From Bacillota bacterium (GTDB lineage Bacteria > Bacillota > SHA-98 > Ch115 > JABLXJ01): 64,000 bases of DNA. The notes below the pieces were generated by a model. That model was not told where the DNA came from and did not search any database. It worked only from the letters and a program-made list of their open reading frames with translations. The DNA is taken from NCBI GenBank assembly GCA_013178125.1, contig JABLXJ010000006.1:156631-220630 (forward strand), in the 5' to 3' direction. Below are positions 40,654-49,702 of the stretch, one piece after another; position 1 is the first letter of the stretch; every line of letters begins with the position of its first letter. The position numbers were made by a program, and so were the translations under genes.

Positions 40654-41124
40654 TCAGCGATACTCGCTCAAGATGTGGGGTATCTTATCTGGCGTCAGGT
40701 TCCCATAGACGACGTCGTTGATCATGATCGCAGGTGCGACGCCGCAGACCCCTATGCAGCTCGTATACTCGAGGGTGAATTTCTCATCCCCGGTCGTCTC
40801 CCCCATTTTTATGCCGAGCTCCTTCTCGAGAGCGCTGATGATGGCAGGCGCCCCCAGGACATGGCATGGAGCACTCTCGCATATGCGAATGATATTCCGC
40901 CCCCTGGGCTTTACCGAAAACATGGAATAAAAAGTGGCCACGCCATAGACCTTGCTCGCAGGCAGATCCAGGGCATCAGCCACCTTGATTATTGAATCAT
41001 TTGTTAGGAACCCTTGGGCATCCTGTACCTCATGCAGTATGTCGATGAGCGCGTCGGATCTGCGTCCGTATTTGGCCAGGATGTCATCAATGGTTATAAT
41101 ACCAGCCACCTCTGTCACCTCCAA
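40654..41124 (-). CDS. hydC: [FeFe]-hydrogenase NuoE-like 2Fe-2S subunit
   Basis: VATFYSMF, CESAPC, CIGVC..AP; true start may be GTG at 41109. Confidence 0.92.
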   Translation of the reverse strand: MEVTEVAGIITIDDILAKYGRRSDALIDILHEVQDAQGFLTNDSIIKVADALDLPASKVYGVATFYSMFSVKPRGRNIIRICESAPCHVLGAPAIISALEKELGIKMGETTGDEKFTLEYTSCIGVCGVAPAIMINDVVYGNLTPDKIPHILSEYR

Positions 41125-41257
41125 CCATTTTCTCCAGCCATTTTATCGCTCCTGGCTTGTCATCCCACAGCTTTGACACTCAGTTACCTTTGATCGAACC
41201 AGCGGGAATTATTTGAAAAAGCCGGCGCCACCTGGGCGGAGGCGGGACACGCCGCCC

Positions 41258-41620
41258 TTAACCTGTCGCTATAACCCACTCCCCGACCACCCGGTCGTTT
41301 ACCACATGGCTTGCTATGATCTGCCTGGCCCTTTCGCCGGTTACGCGGCCATAGGTCACCTTCGGCTTGCCAGGCTTCATGATGTCCACGATCGGCTCCT
41401 GCTCACAGAGGCCAACGCAGCCCGTCTGGGTAATGATGACATCCTGAAGATTGCGCTTTGCCAGCTCGTCCATGATCGCGGCCAGCGTCTCACGCGCACC
41501 CGCAGCTATGCCGCATGTGCCCATGCCGACTACTATCTTAGTGCTCTCCCTGTCCTCCCTCAATTTCGTCATTGCCTGAGCCTCTTTTTTGATCCGCTCC
41601 AGCTCCTCCAGCGATTTCAT
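41258..41620 (-). CDS. Thioredoxin-like (2Fe-2S) ferredoxin, HydD/HndB-like
   Basis: VGMGTCGIAAGA, QTGCVGLCEQEP. Confidence 0.88.
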   Translation of the reverse strand: MKSLEELERIKKEAQAMTKLREDRESTKIVVGMGTCGIAAGARETLAAIMDELAKRNLQDVIITQTGCVGLCEQEPIVDIMKPGKPKVTYGRVTGERARQIIASHVVNDRVVGEWVIATG

Positions 41621-41783
41621 CTACAACACCTCCTGGAATTTAAACCTTCTCCCGCCCCTCACTTCTACGATCGCTCACTCTTCAATCTGCCTAACCTGCC
41701 CTTTGCCACTCGGGTAAAGTTTGCTACTCGAGTAAGGCTCGTAGGGTTTGCTGCCACCACCCTCCCCTGACCTGAAATAGGGA

Positions 41784-41801
41784 TAGTGCTCACTTTCACA
41801 A
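41784..41801 (-). promoter_or_regulatory. Putative Rex operator upstream of the hyd genes
   Basis: TTGTGAA-AGTG-AGCACTA versus Rex consensus TTGTGAA-N4-TTCACAA; rex is in the same gene string. Confidence 0.6.
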
Positions 41802-41838
41802 ACAAAAACACCCCATACATGCGCCGGACATTTAGTTA

Positions 41839-41868
41839 ATTATATCATTGATTCTCAAGCTGGATCAA
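41839..41868 (-). promoter_or_regulatory. Sigma-A-type promoter for hyd genes
   Basis: TTGATC-N18-TATAAT with extended -10 TGnTATAAT. Confidence 0.55.
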
Positions 41869-42299
41869 CCGTGATATTTGGGGTGTTCGAGCAATCTTGT
41901 AATCTTTGCCCTGAATTTACCTGGATTGGCCTTCTTGTCATAAAAATACACAACCGCATAAGAAAGAACCAGAAAGACTATACCCGTCGCTGCCGTAACG
42001 GCCTGGGAAGCCCACGCCAGACCCAGCCACCGTGAGACTACCGGGCCGAGCAGAAAGCCAACGAGCATGAACGCCAGGGGCACCATATACACTACAAAGG
42101 CGGCCGCCATTACGTTTCTCGTGTCTATCTCAACTGAGACCAGGTCCCCCACCTCCGCATCGACAAGGTTATCTGCGTCGATACGGGCCGTCCCAGAACC
42201 GAGATTACACATCTTACACTTGCTGCACATGGCGCTCCTTGCTATCTCGACAGTAGCCGCGTCACCCTTGACAACGACGACCTTCCCAACTTCCTCCAT
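41865..42299 (-). CDS. RseC/MucC family protein (Rnf/Rsx-associated)
   Basis: MEEVGKVV, RSAMCSKCKMC, GDLVSVEI, YMVPL and two TM helices. Confidence 0.85.
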   Translation of the reverse strand: MEEVGKVVVVKGDAATVEIARSAMCSKCKMCNLGSGTARIDADNLVDAEVGDLVSVEIDTRNVMAAAFVVYMVPLAFMLVGFLLGPVVSRWLGLAWASQAVTAATGIVFLVLSYAVVYFYDKKANPGKFRAKITRLLEHPKYHG

Positions 42300-42592
42300 G
42301 CTCCAAGCCCTCCTGGTTGCCCTCGGCTACCACGAGCGTGCGGAGTACGCGGTGCCGCGGGCGATGAGACGCTACGTATACTCTATGTAGCCTAAGCTGC
42401 ATAGCCTTTAGCCTTATTATAGCGCATAATCAACGTAGCGCATAATAACGCGCAAAATAGAATTCCCACTGTACGTCTAACCTCGCTAGGACTATGCCCG
42501 GGGAGTCATCCTCGAAGGCCCCATCTCATAGGGCGCCTCTACAGGCATATAGGCATGCACAAGCATACAGGCATCTTCATCGCACCTGAGAT

Positions 42593-43138
42593 CTACCTGC
42601 CTCTGAGACCATCTTCACCTTTCGCCACATATTTTTTTACGAAGTCGGCGACCAGGGGGTTCGAGAGGGGTATATCTTCGAGCCTCCGCCTCGTATCGCG
42701 CGTATCAAAGCAAAACGAAGCCCCGTCGATGCAGTGCTCATATCTGATTTCAACCGAGGGATTACAGGCGACAAGCGCCGCTATTGTAGAGGCTATATCG
42801 CCGAGTGGTGCCCTGTCCCAGTGGCTACGGCGGAACCGGGCGGCCACCCTCGTGCCCTTCCCCTCCTCTGAATCAACCGTCACATCGCCGTCGCAGGCCC
42901 TGGCAGCCTGGCACAGGAGCGGCAGGCCGAGCCCGACCTTTCGCGTGGTCCTGGTCGTGAAAAAAGGATCGAGAACAGCACCAAGAAAGTCCTCCGGCAT
43001 CCCTCTACCATTATCTTCAATTTCTATAGTGAAACTATCCTCTTCAGTATTCTCCCTTACAACGATGCGGATCTCCGTTGCACCCGCGGCAAGGGAGTTC
43101 TGAGCTATGTCGAGAATGTGCAAAGATAACTCCCGCAT
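42593..43138 (-). CDS. HATPase_c (histidine-kinase-like) ATP-binding protein
   Basis: MRELSLHILDIAQNS, DNGRGM, DPFFTTR, GLGLPL, DRAPLG. Confidence 0.88.
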   Translation of the reverse strand: MRELSLHILDIAQNSLAAGATEIRIVVRENTEEDSFTIEIEDNGRGMPEDFLGAVLDPFFTTRTTRKVGLGLPLLCQAARACDGDVTVDSEEGKGTRVAARFRRSHWDRAPLGDIASTIAALVACNPSVEIRYEHCIDGASFCFDTRDTRRRLEDIPLSNPLVADFVKKYVAKGEDGLRGR

Positions 43139-43294
43139 TTCCCTTCAGCACCTGCAAATAGCCCTTCTACTTCTATAAGATTAGTGGATTAATAAACAGA
43201 TCAATCGCCAGATAACTGACTCGTGTAACAGACTTATGACATGTCCACCAGACCAAATACATCCACACCAGTAGGTCTACCCGGGCTGGGTATA

Positions 43295-44149
43295 TCAACT
43301 CACTATGTCAACAAAACGCCCCCCGCGCCCCGCGAGGCAGAGGGCAACCTCATCAAAGAGGGCCGCCGGTGCTTCGCCTCTAGCCCCGGGATCACCTCCG
43401 CCACTGGCCGGCCCGGGAATTTCACCACCCAGGTCAGCCCGGATGTAGGCGACCGTTCGTCCCTGCATCTCGTGAAGCCTGTGGGCATCGGAGGATGCTA
43501 TCAATGGGAAATCCCGGACCCATGGAAACCTCCTGCAGGCTTCCTCCCTGGAGATATGGGGCGAAAGCTCGAGCGCGGCTACAGGGAGACCCGGCGGGAC
43601 GAATCCGAGGTTTCTGATGAGGCTGTATGAGGGCCTGTCGATGTGCGCAGGAATCGGCAAGCCACCCAGCTCCCGCACCTTCCTCACGACCTCGGCCAGG
43701 GATAAGTCCGTCGAGGTCAGGAGGAGCCTGGAACACTTCCCGGTGACCTCGCCCTCCTCGCCGAGAATCAGCTGCTCACCGAGAAACTCCTCCCTATTCA
43801 GCTCAGCTGGGAGGTGCGCGTAAACCTCCTCCTGCCAGGTAATGAGCCCTTCGATGCTGCCAAAAAAGGTCAATACATGAATCTCCTCCAGCGTCTGGAC
43901 CTCCATCCCCGGCAGGACGCAAACACCATGCCTGGCCCCGGCCCGGAGGCAGGCGATGGCGTTTTCAGCTGAATTGTGATCTGCTATCCCAACCAGCTTG
44001 ATGCCTTTCCTGCAGGCCTCCTCCATAATGGCTGCCGGCGTCATCTCAGATTCAGCACAGGGCGAGAGCGCGGTGTGGATATGCAGGTCCGCCCGCAGGC
44101 ACTCCAGGCCCGAGTCCAAACCCCCTAGACCCCTTAGGTCCCCTGGCAT
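43295..44149 (-). CDS. PHP-domain phosphoesterase
   Basis: DLHIHTALSPC, ADHN, EEIH, PAHIDR, SSDAH. Confidence 0.9.
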   Translation of the reverse strand: MPGDLRGLGGLDSGLECLRADLHIHTALSPCAESEMTPAAIMEEACRKGIKLVGIADHNSAENAIACLRAGARHGVCVLPGMEVQTLEEIHVLTFFGSIEGLITWQEEVYAHLPAELNREEFLGEQLILGEEGEVTGKCSRLLLTSTDLSLAEVVRKVRELGGLPIPAHIDRPSYSLIRNLGFVPPGLPVAALELSPHISREEACRRFPWVRDFPLIASSDAHRLHEMQGRTVAYIRADLGGEIPGPASGGGDPGARGEAPAALFDEVALCLAGRGGRFVDIVS

Positions 44150-44529
44150 GATCTGACCCCGCCGCGAAGCCCCATTGTATAAAGGCTCCCGACCACTTCA
44201 AACGCCGGGAGGTCGGACACAAAAATAGGAACGCCCTCGTCCTGTGCCTTTTTCAAGGTATCATCTCCGGGCTTGATCCCACCGGCAACGATGACGCCCG
44301 CCAGCCCTGTTAGCACTGATACGGCGACGATATTCTGATGGGCCTGCGTGGTGACCCAGATGGCGCCGTCACATGCATGAGCCATAACGTCGCTCAAGAG
44401 ATCCGAGACATATCCCCCCGAAACCTCGCGATCGAGGCCGCCCTCTCCAGCATCAACCCCCGCAACGGCCCTGAGGCCCAGCTTCCCAGCAACATCTCGA
44501 AGCGTCATAAACCCTTCACTACCCTCCAT
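44134..44529 (-). CDS. DRTGG-domain protein
   Basis: GGYVSDLLSDVMA, WVTTQAHQN. Confidence 0.82.
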   Translation of the reverse strand: MEGSEGFMTLRDVAGKLGLRAVAGVDAGEGGLDREVSGGYVSDLLSDVMAHACDGAIWVTTQAHQNIVAVSVLTGLAGVIVAGGIKPGDDTLKKAQDEGVPIFVSDLPAFEVVGSLYTMGLRGGVRSCQGT

Positions 44530-45905
44530 TATTGCCCCTGTCCGGTTTTGTCCGGTTTGCTCATAGCCGATGGGTCCTTCTGGGCAAGATAGAACAGCTC
44601 CTCAGCTAGCTTTTTCACCTGTTCGCGCAGCTTGAATACACAGTCCGTCTCCACTGCCAGCCCTTGCACGATATCCTCGGCCAGCGCCCGGCAATGCGGC
44701 GACCCGCATGACCCGCAATCCAGGCCGGGGAGGTCCTCCAGCACCTTTTCGAGCTGTCCCATCTTGGCAATAGCCTTCGACATATCCTCATCTAATTTGA
44801 AAGCTGCAACAGGCTGGAGATCTTCTCTTGTCTCGAAGAATCCCGCCCGGTAGAGCCCCATGATATGGCTCTCCTCCTGCTCGTTAAAGGGGCTCGCCTC
44901 GCGCATCCCAACGGCGAGCCTCCGGATATTGACGCGCCCCACAAAGGGATTCTTGACCATAAGAGGCCCACCGACGCAGCCGCCCGTACAAGCCTGGGCC
45001 TCAATGAAATTAACCGATGCGAGCCGGCCCATCTCAATCTCCTCGAATACGGCAATTACATTGTGGATACCATCGACAACGAGGTAGTTCTCCAGGCCCA
45101 CGGCACGGTTCTCCCCGCCTGATGCTCCCCATCCGACCCCTAGGCCCGAGGCCGTATCAGATAGAGAGGAGGGCCCGGACTCGCCCGCGCCCATGTTTTT
45201 CAGCAGGTCTCCATATATCCCCGCCACTGAGATAGCCCCGTCCACATACGTCTCGCCGCCGGGGTTTATGTGCTCCCTGACCCACCTCATCTTTGCTGCG
45301 CAGGGCGTTATAAAAAAAGCCCCTATATCGCGAGTGTCGATGCCGGATCTCGACGCGTAAATCCTCTTCGCAAGCTTCCCGGCGATCTGGATAGGCGGGT
45401 CGACAGGAAGGAGGTGACTGATGAGGGATGGGAATCTAACCTGCACAAGCCGCACCACCGCCGGGCATGCCGAAGAAATGCATGGTTTTTCGGTGGCCCC
45501 GCTCTCTATATGGGTACGGGTGATGAAGCTTGCGATGTCAGCGGCGTATGCCACATCATATACCGCGTCGAAGCCCAGGGCCAGCAGGGCACCCATGACA
45601 TCCCTGTAAATGCGCCTCACATCGCCCGCGACCCGCTGGTCAAACTGGCCATAGAGCGAGGGGGCAGGCAAAGCTATAGTGGCCCTGAAATCCCTGAGCC
45701 GCTCAATGGAATCCGTCACTGCAACCTTGGCGTGGTTGTCGCACGTCCTGATGCACTCGCCGCAGTCTATGCAGCGTTCAGCATTTATTCGGGCCTTACC
45801 CTCCCTGACCCTGATAGCCTCGGTCGGACAGCGCTTTATGCAATTCGTGCAGCCGCGGCATTTATCCTCTAGGAGGGAGACGGAGTGAAAACGCTCCGGC
45901 GCCAT
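44529..45905 (-). CDS. Sensory/regulatory-type [FeFe]-hydrogenase-like protein (group C/D-like) with C-terminal FeS domain
   Basis: N-terminal 2x4Fe-4S; divergent H-cluster motifs SSACPAV, ITPCAAK, EAQACTGGCVGGP; C-term LPGLDCGSCGSPHC. Confidence 0.88.
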   Translation of the reverse strand: MAPERFHSVSLLEDKCRGCTNCIKRCPTEAIRVREGKARINAERCIDCGECIRTCDNHAKVAVTDSIERLRDFRATIALPAPSLYGQFDQRVAGDVRRIYRDVMGALLALGFDAVYDVAYAADIASFITRTHIESGATEKPCISSACPAVVRLVQVRFPSLISHLLPVDPPIQIAGKLAKRIYASRSGIDTRDIGAFFITPCAAKMRWVREHINPGGETYVDGAISVAGIYGDLLKNMGAGESGPSSLSDTASGLGVGWGASGGENRAVGLENYLVVDGIHNVIAVFEEIEMGRLASVNFIEAQACTGGCVGGPLMVKNPFVGRVNIRRLAVGMREASPFNEQEESHIMGLYRAGFFETREDLQPVAAFKLDEDMSKAIAKMGQLEKVLEDLPGLDCGSCGSPHCRALAEDIVQGLAVETDCVFKLREQVKKLAEELFYLAQKDPSAMSKPDKTGQGQ

Positions 45906-45932
45906 ATCTTGCCAGACCTCGCTTCCATAATA

Positions 45933-45985
45933 CTGACATCCTCCCACGGCTAAAGCCATGGGCTTTCCCGCACGGGGTTTGTAAA
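45933..45985 (-). mobile_element. IS200/IS605-family end-like miniature palindrome (no transposase)
   Basis: Minus strand TTTACAAACCCCGTGCGGGAAAGCCCATGGCTTTAGCCGTGGGAGGATGTCAG resembles the subterminal hairpin of IS605/IS1341 ends. Confidence 0.6.
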
Positions 45986-46036
45986 GCTATTATTAGATTA
46001 GAGATATAGTGAATCGCTATCAGCCCTCTCTTCTCA

Positions 46037-46501
46037 TCAGTCCACACTCCAACCTGCAGGCGGAATCGTGGGGGGAATAGCACTGGGCGATGATACGACC
46101 GCCCTTACCTTCGTACCCCTGCCGACCTCAGAGGTTATATGAAACTCATCGGAGAACCTCTTCATATTAGGGAGTCCCATACCAGCCCCGAAACCCATCT
46201 CGCGAATCCTCTCCGGTGCAGTCGAATATCCCTCCTGCATTGCCAGCTCAATATCGGGGATCCCGGGCCCCTCATCCTCGGCCAGGATCTCTATGCCCTC
46301 AGGCGACACCCGGGCCTGGAGGGTTCCCCGGTAGGCGTGAATGATGATATTCATCTCGGCCTCGTAGGCTATGATGGCCGCTCTCCGGGTGGTCTGCGTA
46401 TCGACGCCGATCTGCTTCAAGGCCCTCTTGATTTTCGTGGCCGCCTCGCCCGCGGCTGCAAAGTCCCCGCCATTGATATCATAAGACATTTCCAGAGTCA
46501 T
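46037..46501 (-). CDS. Anti-sigma-factor-type Ser/Thr kinase (RsbT/RsbW-like)
   Basis: YEAEMNIIIH, DEGPGIPD, GYSTA, GFGAGMGLPNM. Confidence 0.9.
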   Translation of the reverse strand: MTLEMSYDINGGDFAAAGEAATKIKRALKQIGVDTQTTRRAAIIAYEAEMNIIIHAYRGTLQARVSPEGIEILAEDEGPGIPDIELAMQEGYSTAPERIREMGFGAGMGLPNMKRFSDEFHITSEVGRGTKVRAVVSSPSAIPPTIPPAGWSVD

Positions 46502-46848
46502 CAGGAAACATGCCCTTTCAAGCCCGCCTGGTAGAGGCGCCCACAGGCCTCATAAAGCGGGTACCTTGTCCAAAAAAGGGGTATGCCGCGTTCCCGGGCC
46601 ATCTCGATTATCTCCCCGCAGGGTCTCTTGCCCCTTACAAAGACAACGGCGCTGAGATCATTCATCTCCGCTGTGCGGATAACCTGGGCATTAGTCAACC
46701 CCGTAAGAAGAAGCGACCGTTCCATCGTGAAGGCGAGAACATCGCTCATAAGGTCGCAGCCGCAAGCACGCGGGATCTCCTCATCAAGCTTGTCCTCGCC
46801 CACGAGCACTTCTGCTTCTAGTATCTCTCTTACCTCACGCAATTTCAC
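46501..46848 (-). CDS. DRTGG-domain protein
   Basis: CDLMSDVLAF, LLTGLTNAQVIRTAEM, VFVRGK. Confidence 0.85.
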   Translation of the reverse strand: MKLREVREILEAEVLVGEDKLDEEIPRACGCDLMSDVLAFTMERSLLLTGLTNAQVIRTAEMNDLSAVVFVRGKRPCGEIIEMARERGIPLFWTRYPLYEACGRLYQAGLKGHVS

Positions 46849-46885
46849 AGGATACACTCCTCCACCCTGGATGCACCAACCAATG

Positions 46886-47455
46886 CTACTCAGCAATGCT
46901 CGGCGAATAACCCTTGCTTCTCAATTCCTCGACGAGCCTGTCGGCGTTCTCTTTCTGCTGGAACGCTCCAACCTGCACCGTATACGGCGGGCTCGCGTTA
47001 ACGTAAGTAGGGTAACCCTCTGCCCCGAGCCTTGCGGCCAGCTCCTCGGCATCAGCCTTATTATCAAAGGAACCCACCCTCACCCGGTAGAACACCGGTG
47101 TCTCCCCCGAGCTCCCGGTCGTGGCCGGAAGCGAGGTTTCACCAGAGGCGCCGGCTCCCCCGGCGGCACCGGTTCCCACGGTGGATGATAGGTCATGGGA
47201 ACTGGTCCGGCTGGAATTGGAATTCACAGAAGAAACCGAATCGCCGCTCGATTGAGCTTGTGAAGGCTGTGAAGGCGATGATGCGACGTTCCCCGACGAG
47301 ATCTGGGTCACACCCGGCTCCTTTTTATTGCCCGAGAGCATCTTGATCGCGTAGTTCCCCATCAGGTACCCCAGTGCGATCGCGATCAGCCCGATGACAA
47401 CCAGGCTCGCAATCAATGATATACCTTCACCTGCTCGTCCCCTGTGTTCCGCCAT
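46886..47455 (-). CDS. SPOR-domain membrane-anchored protein
   Basis: N-terminal TM, Ser-rich linker, two SPOR half repeats YRVRVGSF..NA / YTVQVGAF..NA. Confidence 0.88.
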   Translation of the reverse strand: MAEHRGRAGEGISLIASLVVIGLIAIALGYLMGNYAIKMLSGNKKEPGVTQISSGNVASSPSQPSQAQSSGDSVSSVNSNSSRTSSHDLSSTVGTGAAGGAGASGETSLPATTGSSGETPVFYRVRVGSFDNKADAEELAARLGAEGYPTYVNASPPYTVQVGAFQQKENADRLVEELRSKGYSPSIAE

Positions 47456-47561
47456 TGAAACTCCCTCCCGGTCCCTGGTTTTTGGTTTCGATGCGGATGT
47501 GCGGCATGTAATACTCTAATACTCAATAATAAAATACGCCTCGCAGCACCATAATCCTCTT

Positions 47562-48965
47562 TTAAAAACCCGACGCGGGATAGGTTTTCTCTAGGGGGAC
47601 ATCCCCGGGCCACAGGGGTCTCACATCCCCGACCAGGTAGAGGGATCCACAGACTACTATGAGGTCGCCGGGGCCGGACACGGCGAGCGCACGGCGCACG
47701 GCTTTGATGGAATCTACCTCCACCCCGGCGGGCCTACCCAGGAGGCGTGCCGCCTGAGCGATCACCTCGGGCTCGGCGCCTCCAAGTCGGCTTGACATGG
47801 CCCTAGTTGGTATGAATTCGTCCGCCACAGTAGCGAGCTTCCCCACCATCTCGGACACGGGCTTGTCCCGAGATATGCCGATAACGACCCTAATCCGTCC
47901 CGGCGCAAGTCCCTTTGCCCTAAACTCTCGCAGGCTCTCGACGAGTCCTGTGATTCCATCGAGATTATGGGCGCCGTCGAGGATTACAATGGGGCTGCGC
48001 TGGACGACCTCCATGCGTCCCGGCCACCGCGTGGCTGCAACCCCCAATCTTATGGCCTTCTCCGATACAGAGATGCCGCGATCGACCAGGGCTTCAATTA
48101 CACCGAGGGCCGTAGCGCAATTCACAACCTGGTGCCTGCCGAGTAGGGGGATAAACAGGTCTGGCAGGGTATATATTCCACCCTTTATATTGCAAAACTG
48201 CCCGTCAAGGGCTGATAATTCCGAAACAGGAAAGCGACCGGCGTGCGATTCCCCGCGGGGATCCCCGGGGGTGCCAGAGGAGAAGACCACATCCCGGCCC
48301 ACAAACCTGGTGACAGAACCCTTCATCTTGCATGCTGCCTCTATAACCTCATAGGCCTCGGGGTGTTGAGGTGCAACAACCACGGGCACCCCCTCTTTGA
48401 TGATCCCTGCCTTCTCTGAGGCAATGTCTCTCAAGGTGGTCCCGAGCCTATCAGTATGATCGTAGTCTATATGGGTTATGACCGAAACAAGAGGAGCTAT
48501 GACATTTGTGGCATCAAAACGCCCCCCCAGGCCCACCTCGATAACCGCCATGTCAACCTTTCTTTCCTCAAAAAAGACGAAGGCGAGGGCCGTCCCAACC
48601 TCAAATTCCGTTGGATGGCCGAACTCCGGGTCGCTTGCGATGTCCTCTATAAGGGGCCTCATGCGCGTGACGATCCGTGCCACATCGGACTCTGGTATGG
48701 CTTCACCATCTACCCTTATGCGCTCAGTATACGATACCAGGTGGGGAGAGGTATAGAGGCCGACCCTATAGCCCGTGGCTCTCAGGATCGAGTCTATCAT
48801 CGCCGCGGTAGAGCCCTTCCCATTGGTGCCAGCTATGTGGACCGCCCTCAACCCCTCGTGAGGGTTCCCGAGCATCTCAAGGAGCCGCTCGATGCGGCCG
48901 AGCCCGAGATTTACCCCGAATTTACCCAGCGCATGTATAAATCTCAATGATTCATCATAGTTCAT
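47562..48965 (-). CDS. folC: Folylpolyglutamate/dihydrofolate synthase
   Basis: HIAGTNGKGS, YTSPHL, EVGLGGRFDATN, DGAHN, GSLYLVG. Confidence 0.95.
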   Translation of the reverse strand: MNYDESLRFIHALGKFGVNLGLGRIERLLEMLGNPHEGLRAVHIAGTNGKGSTAAMIDSILRATGYRVGLYTSPHLVSYTERIRVDGEAIPESDVARIVTRMRPLIEDIASDPEFGHPTEFEVGTALAFVFFEERKVDMAVIEVGLGGRFDATNVIAPLVSVITHIDYDHTDRLGTTLRDIASEKAGIIKEGVPVVVAPQHPEAYEVIEAACKMKGSVTRFVGRDVVFSSGTPGDPRGESHAGRFPVSELSALDGQFCNIKGGIYTLPDLFIPLLGRHQVVNCATALGVIEALVDRGISVSEKAIRLGVAATRWPGRMEVVQRSPIVILDGAHNLDGITGLVESLREFRAKGLAPGRIRVVIGISRDKPVSEMVGKLATVADEFIPTRAMSSRLGGAEPEVIAQAARLLGRPAGVEVDSIKAVRRALAVSGPGDLIVVCGSLYLVGDVRPLWPGDVPLEKTYPASGF

Positions 48966-48974
48966 AAGCCGACC

Positions 48975-49697
48975 TCATTTAACCGCCAACCGCTCCGTCC
49001 AACCATTATCCCTATCCCCCGCGGCTCCCCTGTAGTACCAGCATTCCCCGGCAAGCAGGCAGTCATCGCAGCGCGGGTTATGCGGCCTGCAACGGGTGCG
49101 CCCATGTGCTATCATGTTCACGTGCAATTCATAGACAATATCATCCGGGACCAGTTCGCCCAATACCTCGTGAGCCTCATCAGCCCCCACATCCTTCCCG
49201 ATGAGCCCCAGGCGTCTCGCTATCCGGTGGATATGGGTATCCACCGGGAAGATGGGCCGCCCACACCCGAACAGCAGGACGCAGGCGGCGGTCTTGGGTC
49301 CGACGCCCTCAAATGAACGGAGATATCGAAGGGCATCCCCAGCATCCATGTCTTTCAAAAACTCCAGCCCCAGGCGCCCGTGCTCGCCCTGTATTCGTTC
49401 GAGGGCCTGCTTGATGCGCCCTGTCTTGACCTGGGCAAGGCCGCCGACCTTGATGGCGTCCCTTATCTCACCCACGTCTGCCCTGCGCGCATCGTCCCAG
49501 CTCGGGAAGCGTTCCTTCAAATTTGCAAACGCCCTGTGGGAGTTTATATCCGATGTATTCTGGGATAGGATCGTCATGATGAGTGCATCAAGGGGATCCT
49601 CATCCTCCCGACGCTTAGGACCATACATCGCTCTCAACAGCTCATTGATCCTGCGAAGGCGCTGGGCTATCCGAGCTATCTGACCGTATTGAGCCAT
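48975..49697 (-). CDS. Endonuclease III-like HhH-GPD glycosylase
   Basis: ILSQNT, GVGPKTA, VDTH, CRPHNPRCDDCLLAGEC 4Fe-4S motif. Confidence 0.9.
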   Translation of the reverse strand: MAQYGQIARIAQRLRRINELLRAMYGPKRREDEDPLDALIMTILSQNTSDINSHRAFANLKERFPSWDDARRADVGEIRDAIKVGGLAQVKTGRIKQALERIQGEHGRLGLEFLKDMDAGDALRYLRSFEGVGPKTAACVLLFGCGRPIFPVDTHIHRIARRLGLIGKDVGADEAHEVLGELVPDDIVYELHVNMIAHGRTRCRPHNPRCDDCLLAGECWYYRGAAGDRDNGWTERLAVK

Positions 49698-49702
49698 TCT
49701 AT

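Noticed and set aside
38931..41124. Respiratory complex I nuoEF
   Set aside because: Adjacent to an H-cluster protein with no membrane nuo genes
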